NCBI GenBank assembly: GCA_903892515.1
Contig: CAITIS010000001.1
Coordinates: 13,552 to 77,551, forward strand
Direction of reading: 5' to 3'
Source: an uncultured Planctomycetota bacterium
GTDB taxonomy: Bacteria; Planctomycetota; Phycisphaerae; SM23-33
Length of the DNA: 64,000 nucleotides
Shown: one piece after another, positions 55,191-64,000 of the stretch
Layout of the letters: each line of letters begins with the position of its first letter
Position numbering within the stretch: the first letter of the stretch is position 1
Position numbers and translations under genes: made by a program
The notes under the pieces: generated by a model
What the model was told of the DNA's origin: nothing
What the model saw: only the letters and a program-made list of their open reading frames with translations
The model's database searches: none

Positions 55191-56807
55191 CTTCTTAACC
55201 GTTTCGGTCAGCGTCTGCGAACTGAATGGCTTGACCAGCAGGTTCACTTCGGACGCGAGCACGCCGCGGTTGGACAGGGCCTTGCCGGTGTAGCCGGAAA
55301 TATACAGGACCGGCATGTCTGGCTTGTGCTGACGTATCGCAGCCGCGACTTCCGGGCCGCCAATGCCCGGCATGACGACGTCGCAGATCAGCAGGTCGAT
55401 CTTCCAATTCCGCCGCTCGCTCAACTGCAAGCCCTCGGACAGGTTCGCCGCGGCCAGGACCGTGAAGCCGCATTCGCGCAGCGTCTGTGACACCACGCTG
55501 CAAATGGCGGCCTCGTCCTCAACCAGCAGAAGGGTTGCGGTTCCCGTCGGCAGCGTCAGGAGCGTCTGTGCGGCACCAGCCGGCGCGGGTTCTTCCGCGA
55601 CCCGTGGCAGATAGATCGTGAACGTCGCGCCGCGTCCGGGCTCACTGTCGACGGCGATGTACCCGCCGCTCTGCTTGACGAAGCCATACACCATGGACAG
55701 CCCCAAGCCGGTGCCGTATCCCGGGGGCTTGGTCGTAAAGAGCGGTTCGAAGATGTGCCTCAGAGTCTCCCGGTCCATGCCCAGTCCCGTGTCCGTGACC
55801 GTGGCCATCACATGGGCCCCGGCCGTCGCGCCGGGATGTCGCCGAACGAAGCTCGCGGACAGGTTGACATTGGCCGTGGCGATGCTCAGATCTCCGCCCT
55901 GGGGCATGGCATCGCGTGCATTCACAATCAGATTCATCAGGGCCTGTTCGAACTGGCCCCTGTCCACCTTGACATGGCCCAGGTCGGCCGAGGGAAGCAG
56001 CGACAGCTTGACGTCCTCGCCCAGCATGCGCGCCAGCGACTTGAACATGTCGTATATCGCGGTATTGAGATTCAGCACCTCGGGCCTGAGCGCATGTTTC
56101 CGGGTAAAGACCAGCAGATGCTCGGACATGGTGGCCGAACGATCCACCGCTGCCAGGATTTCGCGCGTGCATTCCAGGCCTTCTTCATCGATGAGCTTGC
56201 GGCGGATGAGCATCTCGGTGAAGCCCTTGATCACGGTCAGCTGGTTGCGGAAATCGTGGGCGATGCCGCCCGCCAGCAAGCCGATGGCTTCCATCTTCTG
56301 GGCCTGAATGAATTGCTGCTCGAGCTTGCGTCGTTCGGTCACGTCCGTCATGACCAGTTGGGTGGCCTTCTGACCGTGATAGGTGATCGGCCAGCCGGAG
56401 ATCTCCACGTGGCGCAGGCGTCCATTCAGGCTCTTTACGGTCTCGTCGGCGCCCCGAGAGTGCGTGCCCGGATGGGCGGGCTTGCGGATCGCCTCCAGCA
56501 CAGCGGCGTGGCGATCGGCCGCGGGGATGAAGCCCAGCAGGCTCCGGCCGATGAGGTCGCTTCGCCGGGCGGCGCCCAGCAGCTTGATCCCGGCGGGATT
56601 GCTGTATATGCAACGGTTGTCGGCATCGGCCACCAGGATGGCGTCTTGGGCCATCTCAACCAGGGCGAGGTAGCGCTGCTCGCTGTCGCGCAAGGCATCT
56701 TCGGCGCCGAGCTTGTCCCCCACGATGAGCAGCCGTAGAGGCTCACTCGCCATGCCGTCGTTGGGACTAGTGGCATCCATGACACCCACTGCACACATCT
56801 CTTTCAT
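55170..56807 (-). CDS. Hybrid sensor histidine kinase (PAS-HisKA-HATPase-REC)
   Basis: H-box HDFRNQLTVI; C-terminal REC (LLLVEDE...DVVMPGIGG...KPF). Confidence 0.8.
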   Translation of the reverse strand: MKEMCAVGVMDATSPNDGMASEPLRLLIVGDKLGAEDALRDSEQRYLALVEMAQDAILVADADNRCIYSNPAGIKLLGAARRSDLIGRSLLGFIPAADRHAAVLEAIRKPAHPGTHSRGADETVKSLNGRLRHVEISGWPITYHGQKATQLVMTDVTERRKLEQQFIQAQKMEAIGLLAGGIAHDFRNQLTVIKGFTEMLIRRKLIDEEGLECTREILAAVDRSATMSEHLLVFTRKHALRPEVLNLNTAIYDMFKSLARMLGEDVKLSLLPSADLGHVKVDRGQFEQALMNLIVNARDAMPQGGDLSIATANVNLSASFVRRHPGATAGAHVMATVTDTGLGMDRETLRHIFEPLFTTKPPGYGTGLGLSMVYGFVKQSGGYIAVDSEPGRGATFTIYLPRVAEEPAPAGAAQTLLTLPTGTATLLLVEDEAAICSVVSQTLRECGFTVLAAANLSEGLQLSERRNWKIDLLICDVVMPGIGGPEVAAAIRQHKPDMPVLYISGYTGKALSNRGVLASEVNLLVKPFSSQTLTETVKKLLEPVS

Positions 56808-56983
56808 AACTGCTTTGCGCGGTGCGCCGCATAGAACTCACGGATGTGGCCGATCGAGTGCCCGGCCCGGCACGTTATTCATTGTTGCTTGATGCGTAGC
56901 GGCAGACCATTCGCAAAAGTACCCGATGGCCTTGACGAAAAGTGCCTACGCCCCACGCCGCGGAAAGCGGGACCACAACGCCA

Positions 56984-57625
56984 TCAGCAATCGCAGGCGG
57001 TGATCCCCTCGCGAATGGCGTACTTGGTCAGTGATGCCAGGTCATGCAGGTCGAGTTTCTTCATGATGTTACGACGGTGCGCCTCGACGGTGCGGACCGA
57101 GAGGTTCAGCAGCGTGGCCACCTGCTTGCTGGCCTTGCCCTCTGTCAGGAGTTGAAGCACTTCGCGTTCCCTGTCGGCCAAGGCCGGAGCCGCCCAGGCG
57201 CCGCGCGAGAGGGTATTCTCGATCACGCTGGTGGTGATATCCGAGCTTAGGTAGCCCTCGCCTCGAGCGACGGCCTGGACGGCCCGCAAGAGTTCCTGGC
57301 CCGCGCTAGCCTTGACCACGTAGCCGCGGGCGCCCGCCTCCAGCATCCGCTGCACATAGCGCTTGTCGGCGTACGTCGACAGGGCAACAACCTTGCAGTC
57401 AGGGCAGGTTCGCTGCATCTCCCGTGTGGCCTCGATGCCGTTGAGGGTGCTCATGGCGATATCCATCACCACCACATCCGGAGCCAGGCGGATAGCCAGT
57501 TCCACGGCGGCCATGCCGTCGCCGGCTTCACCCACCACCGTGATACCCGGCTCTCTCTCCAGCACGGCCCGAAGCCCCTCGCGCACCATGGCATGATCAT
57601 CCGCTAAAAGGACCCTGATAGTCAT
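56984..57625 (-). CDS. NarL/FixJ (LuxR-type) response regulator
   Basis: REC (RVLLADDHAMVREGL) plus a LuxR HTH C-terminus. Confidence 0.85.
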   Translation of the reverse strand: MTIRVLLADDHAMVREGLRAVLEREPGITVVGEAGDGMAAVELAIRLAPDVVVMDIAMSTLNGIEATREMQRTCPDCKVVALSTYADKRYVQRMLEAGARGYVVKASAGQELLRAVQAVARGEGYLSSDITTSVIENTLSRGAWAAPALADREREVLQLLTEGKASKQVATLLNLSVRTVEAHRRNIMKKLDLHDLASLTKYAIREGITACDC

Positions 57626-60531
57626 GAAGTCCCCTTTCCGCCTGTGGTTGCCGCCTCGTTCACCGGGGCGGTCAATATCACGCGTGTGCCGGAACCCGGC
57701 GATGATTGGATCTCGCTGCGCCCTCCCAGGTACGCCAGCCTTTCACAAACGCTGAACAGGCCAAAGCCACCCGTGGTGGCATTAGCGCGAGTAAGTTCAA
57801 GATCAAAGCCCACGCCCCGGTCTTCCACGGTCACGTGCACCATGTCTTCGCGCCGCTCGATGCGCACAGAGGCCTCGTTCACCTGGGCGTGCTTGGCCAC
57901 GTTGATCAGTACCTCCCTGAGGCATCGGAACAGGATCACCCGGGCCGATTCGTGGATCGGCTTGGGCTGGCCATCGTCGGTCAGGCACAGGCTCAGGCCA
58001 TACTCGGCCTGCATGTCTTCAGCCAGCCACTCCGCCGCCGCCACGAAGCCAAGCTCGTACAAGGCCGGATGGCTCAAGTGAAGCGTGGCCGAGCGCGCGG
58101 AGCGGGAAGCCTGGTCTATCAGCGCGGAAACCTCTTCCAGCGTTTGTCGCGGATCGGCACCGCCCTGCCTGGCCAAGGCCAACTTGAGATTCGCCCGTGT
58201 AAGGACTTGCCCCAGGCCATCGTGCAGATCCTCGGCCAGTTTGCGGCGCTCGCGGGCCTCGACCAGCGAGGCCTCCATGGCCAGGCGCCGCAGCCGCGTC
58301 TGGCTGACCCGCAAGGCGTCCTCGCTGCGCTTACGGTCGGTGATATCCATTCCGTAGACACGCAGGCAGGAGTGGTCGGCCAGAAGACAGAGCGTCTGCA
58401 CGAAACATGCCGACCCTACGGCCACTTCGCGCTGGAGAAACTCATTGCCGCTGCGCTCCATCTCACGCAGTGCTTCAGAAGCGCCATGCAGGAAGGGATG
58501 CGTAAAGCCGCGCTGCCGCAAATCCGGGAACAGGCGGGTGGCGGCGGGGTTGATGAAACTGACCACGCCATCGAGTCGGATCTCCACAACTGGGGAGGGA
58601 TCCAACTGTGGAAACGACGCCAGGTGTGACAAGGCCGCCGTTGTTTGCTTTCGCAGCGTCACGTCCTTGGCGATGCCGGCAATGCGATACACAGCGCCGC
58701 TGGCGTCGTACACGGGGAACCCGCGGGCGTGAATCCACCGGGGCGACCCGTCGGGGCGAATGGTGCGGTACTCGCAGACGAAGGGGCGGCTGGAATCCCT
58801 CGCCAGGGCCTCTACCCGATCGCGGTCGTCGGGATGAATGTAGTCCAGCCACGCATCCGGGTTGCTCTGAAGTTCGCGGCGGCTGCGGCCATACATCTCG
58901 TCGTAGGCAGGGCTGACGTAGAAGCACTGCCGCATATCCGGCGAGGCCAACCAGAACACCTCTTTGATGTTCTCGGCGAGTTGGCGGAAGGTGTCCTCGG
59001 ATTCCCGCAGCTTGGCTTCGGTCCTGGCCCGATCGATCAGGGGCCCGATCTGGCCGGCGATGCGTTCGAGCATCATTCGCGTGTCGGGTGGGATTTCTTC
59101 GGCCAGGCGCGACGCCAGATTCATGCAGCCAATGACTTGGTCGCCGTGCCGGACCGGAAGGATGGCAATGGACTGGAGCCCTTCGCGACGGTGGGGCTCG
59201 AAGAACGGAACATCCACGTCGTGGGCCAGCACATACATGGGCTGGCCGGGCATCACCAGGCCGCTATTGGGTGACTCCGTGTTGTGCCGCGTTACGGCTT
59301 CGACGAATGGCGGAGAGACGCCTTGGTGCACGGCCAAACGGAACTCGCCGCTGCATTCGTCGCGAAGGTAAATGCCGCCGCAGTGCAGGCCCGAGATGCG
59401 CAAGGCCGCGTCCAGGCAGCGTGTGAGCGTGGTGGCCAGATCGTCGCTCATGGCCACGTCCCTGGCCAAGTCGCGCTCTTCGCGAAGAAAGTCTTCGGAC
59501 CGCTTGCGCTGGGTGATGTCCAGGACCGTGCCGACCATGCGGCCGGGACGCCCGGCCGAGTCCATCAGCACTTCTCCACTCGCGTGAAGGACATGCAGCG
59601 ATCCGGCCTCGGTGACGATGCGATACTCCAGGTCGTAAGGCTGGCCTGTGGCGAGGACATCAGCCAGCACGTCCCTCACTAGCTGGCGATCATCGGGATG
59701 CACGCGAGCTATGAACCATTGGTGGGTCGGGACTAGGCTCTGGCTGTCTCCGCCGAATATGCGATAGAGCTGCTCAGACCATGTGAGCCTGCCCGAGGCG
59801 ACGTTCCACTCCCAGCTTCCGATGTTGCCCAGACGTTGGGCTTCGATAAGCAGGGCCTGGCTGTGGCCCAGCTCGTCCTGAGTCTTCCTTCGTTCGGTGA
59901 TGTCTTCCACCACCTCGATGAAGCCCGTGGGTTGGTGGTCGGGTCCCAGGAGCGGGAACGCCTGGACCCGCAGGACCATGCTTGTCCCATCCTCCCGGAC
60001 GCATGTGCGCTCCATTTCGGCCGGCTGGCCGGTGGCCATCGCCGTCTTGCCGGGACAGTTCTCACACAACTGCTCGCGGCTATGAAACGCCCGGTAGCAG
60101 TGCTGCCCGACAAGCGTGCCGGCAGCGGAGGACACATGAGTGTCTGCGGAACTGGCCGCGACGATGCGATATTCCAGATCCACGTGCATGATGCCCATGC
60201 CAGAGTTCTCCACCAGCGTCCTGTACCGCAACTCGCGGTCCCGTGGCGGCGCAACCAAATCTGCCGGATCGGGCCCTTCGCACCGATAGTCCGGCTTGGC
60301 CGCGGCGTCCTCCCGAAGTGGTACTGCGACACCGCCGGCCGGGCAGAATGCCGGGGCTTCCACACGGCTCATGGCTCGGGGCACGAAGATGTGCATGCCC
60401 CCAAGGCGGACGTGCGATCCTTCTCGTTGAGACAGGATCGTTCCGGTTCGCCGTCCCTTACTCCTGGCCTCCCAAACCACTAAAGACGCGCAATACAGGG
60501 TCAGCAACATAATCGCTCCTTGCTGGCCCAA
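57622..60531 (-). CDS. Multi-PAS/GAF sensor histidine kinase, HisKA_3 type, cognate to the NarL-type RR
   Basis: Several PAS repeats; H-box EDLHDGLGQVLT; 4-nt overlap with the RR gene. Confidence 0.8.
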   Translation of the reverse strand: MGQQGAIMLLTLYCASLVVWEARSKGRRTGTILSQREGSHVRLGGMHIFVPRAMSRVEAPAFCPAGGVAVPLREDAAAKPDYRCEGPDPADLVAPPRDRELRYRTLVENSGMGIMHVDLEYRIVAASSADTHVSSAAGTLVGQHCYRAFHSREQLCENCPGKTAMATGQPAEMERTCVREDGTSMVLRVQAFPLLGPDHQPTGFIEVVEDITERRKTQDELGHSQALLIEAQRLGNIGSWEWNVASGRLTWSEQLYRIFGGDSQSLVPTHQWFIARVHPDDRQLVRDVLADVLATGQPYDLEYRIVTEAGSLHVLHASGEVLMDSAGRPGRMVGTVLDITQRKRSEDFLREERDLARDVAMSDDLATTLTRCLDAALRISGLHCGGIYLRDECSGEFRLAVHQGVSPPFVEAVTRHNTESPNSGLVMPGQPMYVLAHDVDVPFFEPHRREGLQSIAILPVRHGDQVIGCMNLASRLAEEIPPDTRMMLERIAGQIGPLIDRARTEAKLRESEDTFRQLAENIKEVFWLASPDMRQCFYVSPAYDEMYGRSRRELQSNPDAWLDYIHPDDRDRVEALARDSSRPFVCEYRTIRPDGSPRWIHARGFPVYDASGAVYRIAGIAKDVTLRKQTTAALSHLASFPQLDPSPVVEIRLDGVVSFINPAATRLFPDLRQRGFTHPFLHGASEALREMERSGNEFLQREVAVGSACFVQTLCLLADHSCLRVYGMDITDRKRSEDALRVSQTRLRRLAMEASLVEARERRKLAEDLHDGLGQVLTRANLKLALARQGGADPRQTLEEVSALIDQASRSARSATLHLSHPALYELGFVAAAEWLAEDMQAEYGLSLCLTDDGQPKPIHESARVILFRCLREVLINVAKHAQVNEASVRIERREDMVHVTVEDRGVGFDLELTRANATTGGFGLFSVCERLAYLGGRSEIQSSPGSGTRVILTAPVNEAATTGGKGTS

Positions 60532-60706
60532 ACCCGAACAGATTATACACAGGATCGTCGCGTATATTACCGAAAATGGAAAATTTAGAGCGAATTTCCG
60601 CTGATAATGTGGTGTGACTCTAGGCGATATCCCGTCAGGTCCGATAACCTGACTCTTGCTGAGGTCTTTGCCCTAGTCGATGTCCAAGCTTTATCGGAGG
60701 CGGGGC

Positions 60707-61471
60707 TTACATGGTTTGATAGCCGTAAGCGGCAGATTCAGGACGGCTGGCGTTGCTGCCTGCGTCGCTCACGCGCGATTTCGGCCTGGCCGCGGCATCC
60801 ATGGCGACCAGCCTGTTCTCGAGCCCTTCCCAGAGCAGGATACAGAGCGACTCTTGGACCAGCAGTACCTCCCGTCCGTCGATGGTGATGCCACCTTGGC
60901 CGGGATTGGAAACCCACAGGCCGATGCGACGGGAGAGCTTCAGAAGATCATCCAGATGGCGTTTGAGCAGCGCCGCCTTGTCTCGGTCATTCCGAAAATC
61001 CTCCTGACGCAGGAGAGTGCGATCGTTCATGTTCGCGCCTCCTGGCTTGTGGGAAGTCTCGGTTCTTATTTGGTGGGCTGGATTTCTTTGCGATGAGTCG
61101 TCGCAGCCGTTCGCCGGCAGGTTGCGGATGTGCACGCCATCGGCGTCATAGTTGTCAGGATCGGCGGCGGGCGAATCCCAACCATGCTGGCAGGCCGCCA
61201 GCATCGCAGCCACCTGGCGTTTCGTCGTCCCCTGAAGTTCGTTCAGAGCATCCACGCCGGTTGAGGAGATGCAGACGCCGCACGTCTCCATGCCGCCACC
61301 ACGGACGATCTCGACCATCTCATGACCTGGCCCAAGAAAGGCGTAGCACCGGACGGGCAAGCCGCTCGCGACGCGTGTCTCTTCGGATGCATACCCCATA
61401 GGCTTATTCATTGTTCTACCCTCGGGGATATCGTACACATGCATATAGCGGTTATGCCTAGACCAAAACAT
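60707..61471 (-). CDS. Hypothetical protein; frame and strand assignment uncertain
   Basis: 254-aa ORF without recognizable domains; an overlapping plus-strand ORF (60680-61096) has similar GC3 bias. Confidence 0.25.
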   Translation of the reverse strand: MFWSRHNRYMHVYDIPEGRTMNKPMGYASEETRVASGLPVRCYAFLGPGHEMVEIVRGGGMETCGVCISSTGVDALNELQGTTKRQVAAMLAACQHGWDSPAADPDNYDADGVHIRNLPANGCDDSSQRNPAHQIRTETSHKPGGANMNDRTLLRQEDFRNDRDKAALLKRHLDDLLKLSRRIGLWVSNPGQGGITIDGREVLLVQESLCILLWEGLENRLVAMDAAARPKSRVSDAGSNASRPESAAYGYQTM

Positions 61472-61534
61472 ACCTATAATGATCTGCGATTTATACCTAT
61501 GCGGCAGTCCCCTGATTTGTGCCGAGACGCTGCC

Positions 61535-62440
61535 CTAGAGTTTGACCACGGGAACAGGCACAACGCTGACGACGCAGTTTCTGCCCTGGGCCTTGGCCGC
61601 ATACAGGGCCTTGTCTGCCTGCTGGATCAGGGCTTCGGGGGAAGCGGCCTGGGAGGAGTCTGCGACACCCATGCTCATGGTGACCTGGGCGTGGGACTCG
61701 CCGAGCCGGACGTGGGCATCTGCGACGTTCTGGCGGCATCGTTCGGCCAGCAGCGCGGCGCCGTCGGCCATCTCCCCCGGAACGATGATCCCGAATTCCT
61801 CTCCGCCGTACCGGGTGGGCAGGTCGGTCTGTCGGCACTGGGAGGCGATAGCTTTGGCCACCGCCTGAAGCACCTGGTCGCCGGCGCTGTGGCCATAAGT
61901 GTCGTTAACCCGCTTGAAGTGGTCGATGTCGGCCATGATGAACGAAAGCGACCCGCCATGCCGTTGGATGCGCGACCACTCATCGGCCAGACGCTGCATC
62001 AGCGCCCGGCGGTTGGGCAGGCCGGTGAGCGGGTCGATGTGGGCATACTCGATCAGCATATCCTGGAAGTGCTTGCTTCGCAGTGCCGCCCGGACGCGGG
62101 CGCGCAGTTCGACGGCGTCGAAGGGCTTGGTCACATAGTCGACCGCGCCCATGTCCAGCCCGCGGACCTTCTCCTCAATGCTGCCAGAGCCGGAGAGGAA
62201 AATAACCGGCACGGAACACAGCGCCGGGTCGGCCTTCAGCGCCCGGAGCACCTCGAAGCCTGACAGATCGGGCATGGCCAGGTCCAGCAGCACCAGGTCC
62301 GGCACCACGCGCCGGGCTATGTCCAGGCCGGCATGGCCGCCATCGGCCGTCAGAATCTCCAGCCCTTCCTCGCGTGCCAGGCGGGCCTTGGCCACCGCGA
62401 TGGCATCAGGACTGTCATCAATGATCAGAACTTTCATCAT
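61535..62440 (-). CDS. Response regulator-diguanylate cyclase (REC-GGDEF, PleD/WspR-like)
   Basis: REC (KVLIIDDSPD...) plus GGDEF with active-site GGEEF and I-site-like RxxD. Confidence 0.85.
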   Translation of the reverse strand: MMKVLIIDDSPDAIAVAKARLAREEGLEILTADGGHAGLDIARRVVPDLVLLDLAMPDLSGFEVLRALKADPALCSVPVIFLSGSGSIEEKVRGLDMGAVDYVTKPFDAVELRARVRAALRSKHFQDMLIEYAHIDPLTGLPNRRALMQRLADEWSRIQRHGGSLSFIMADIDHFKRVNDTYGHSAGDQVLQAVAKAIASQCRQTDLPTRYGGEEFGIIVPGEMADGAALLAERCRQNVADAHVRLGESHAQVTMSMGVADSSQAASPEALIQQADKALYAAKAQGRNCVVSVVPVPVVKL

Positions 62441-64000
62441 CGCACCTCTCCCGTTGCTTCCTGGCCGGCAGGGCTCGCCGCTACGGGTCGGCCCTTGGCG
62501 GCGGCTGCGCACGCCTTGGCCAATTCCGCCAGGGCCACGTTCGCCGCTTCCACATCGGCGTCTTGAGCGGCCACTTCCAGAGTCCGGGCCATCTCCGTCA
62601 GCGCGGGATACCCGTAACTGCCGCCGGCGCCCTTGAGTTGATGGGCCAGCCCGCGCAACCGCTCGGTGTCCAAGTTGGCCAACGCCGACCGCATGGCGGA
62701 GACTTGCTGAGGCAGACCCGACACAAACGTATCCAGAATGTCCGCCAGGTCCGGATCCTCGGCGTATTCCGACACGATGACCTCGCCGCTCGACGTGGCC
62801 GGGACATCCGCCTTGACAGATACCGCCTGCCCACTATCTCCCATTCGCCCGGTGAAGCGGGCAATTGTCGCGATCAGGCACGCCCGGTCGATCGGCTTGG
62901 CCAGGTGGTCGTCGCAGCCGGCATCGAGGCACTTGGCCCGATCGCCGGCCATGGCATGAGCGGTCAGGGCGAGAATCGGGCCGCTGTACCCGGATTGGCG
63001 CAAGGTTCTGGTGGCTTCATAGCCGTCCATTTCCGGCATCTGCATGTCCATCAGGATGACGTGGTAGCCTTCCGCTCCGGCGGCCCGCACGGCCTCCAAC
63101 GCGATCCGGCCATTCTCGGCGGTCCGGACCTCGGCACCGGCCTTCTGCAGCACGGTGACGATAAGCCGCTGGTTGTCGGGCCCATCCTCGGCCAGCAGGA
63201 TCCGCAGCCCCGACAGCAGCCTGGACGTCAGGGAGACCGGCTCGCAATTATCCCGCTGGGCCCGGACGGCCTCGGCCGGGTCACGCAACATTTCCACGCC
63301 CTTGAGGCTGCCGGTAGGGAACGTCAGCGTGAAGGTGCTGCCGCGACCGGTCTGGCTGGAGGCCGTCAGCTCTCCGCCGAGCAGCTGGGCCATCCGTCGT
63401 GAAATGACCAACCCCAGCCCTGTGCCGCCATACTTTCGCGAAATCGAGTTGTCGGCCTGGGCGAACGGCTGGAATAACTTGGCCATCTTTTCTTGCCCAA
63501 TGCCGACGCCGGTGTCAATGACCGTGACCTGCATGGCACTACGCGCGCCTCGCCACTGCGGCTGAAGGCTCACGACGATCCGCACGCCGCCGCGCTCGGT
63601 GAACTTGATGGCATTGCCGACCAGGTTCACCAGGATCTGGCGCAAGCGCGAACCATCGGTGCGAACGGTGGCCGGCACGGCCGTGGCGTACTCCACGGAC
63701 AGGGCGATGCCATGCTGACGTGCTCGCACGCGCATGACGCTGGCCACGTCCGCCAGCACCGAAGCCAGCGCGACCGGTCGAACCTCTATCGACAATTTAC
63801 CGGCCTCGATCTTGGACAGGTCCAGGATGTCATTGATCAGCCCCAGCAGGTGCTGGCCGTTGCGGTGGATGACCGACAGGTAGTTCTGTCGCTCGCTGGC
63901 GCTGGCCGAGGGGTCCATCGATAGCTCCGCGTATCCCAGGATCGCCGTCATGGGCGTACGGATTTCATGGCTCATATTGGCCAGGAATATGCTCTTGGCA
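62437..64000 (-). CDS. Hybrid histidine kinase (HisKA-HATPase-REC-HPt), N-terminus beyond the window edge
   Basis: H-box MSHEIRTPMTAILGY at the window end; REC (ILLAEDGPDN...MDMQMPEMDG); C-terminal HPt (HQLKGAGGSYG); 4-nt overlap with the GGDEF gene. Confidence 0.8.
   Translation of the reverse strand, partial: AKSIFLANMSHEIRTPMTAILGYAELSMDPSASASERQNYLSVIHRNGQHLLGLINDILDLSKIEAGKLSIEVRPVALASVLADVASVMRVRARQHGIALSVEYATAVPATVRTDGSRLRQILVNLVGNAIKFTERGGVRIVVSLQPQWRGARSAMQVTVIDTGVGIGQEKMAKLFQPFAQADNSISRKYGGTGLGLVISRRMAQLLGGELTASSQTGRGSTFTLTFPTGSLKGVEMLRDPAEAVRAQRDNCEPVSLTSRLLSGLRILLAEDGPDNQRLIVTVLQKAGAEVRTAENGRIALEAVRAAGAEGYHVILMDMQMPEMDGYEATRTLRQSGYSGPILALTAHAMAGDRAKCLDAGCDDHLAKPIDRACLIATIARFTGRMGDSGQAVSVKADVPATSSGEVIVSEYAEDPDLADILDTFVSGLPQQVSAMRSALANLDTERLRGLAHQLKGAGGSYGYPALTEMARTLEVAAQDADVEAANVALAELAKACAAAAKGRPVAASPAGQEATGEVR

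Noticed and set aside
60680-61096. Plus-strand 138-aa ORF overlapping the hypothetical minus-strand gene
   Set aside because: It cannot be distinguished from the minus-strand ORF by codon bias. It is kept only as an alternative in the feature note and not called separately.

Overview
High-GC (~65%) bacterial chromosomal window, probably from a Planctomycetota-like genome (NagB-LmbE fusion, PurS-PurL fusion, many PAS histidine kinases, large YfhO-type membrane protein). I support about 48 protein-coding genes and found no rRNA, tRNA or CRISPR. Main loci: an ArsR-family regulator coupled to a four-domain CoA-disulfide-reductase/rhodanese/TusA/DsrE sulfur-relay enzyme; a GH36-like alpha-galactosidase; a heat-shock/proteostasis cluster htrA-hsp20-lon; LarC with GT2 and an MFS transporter; NagB-LmbE; an MttB-family gene and a separate MtaA/UroD-family gene; a VapC toxin followed by a Phd-like antitoxin; TrpB2; an OmpR-type RR/HK pair divergent from phoU; a B12-radical-SAM gene; purL-(GxxExxY insertion)-purQ; folC; a ROK glucokinase; and a dense two-component/c-di-GMP signalling cluster at the 3' end. 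The most unusual property is not a single gene but the non-coding landscape: at least six families of short tandem or palindromic repeats (heptamers GGGCGTA and TTCCCGN, a 9-mer, a 13-mer, REP-like terminator hairpins, MITE-like elements with 12-bp terminal inverted repeats, and ~200-bp palindromic elements) occupy almost every intergenic region. Two families are inserted in-frame in the YfhO-like CDS, two ~200-bp palindromic copies flank the radical-SAM gene, and inverted repeat copies flank the GxxExxY gene. All long antisense ORFs in the track are treated as GC-bias artefacts.
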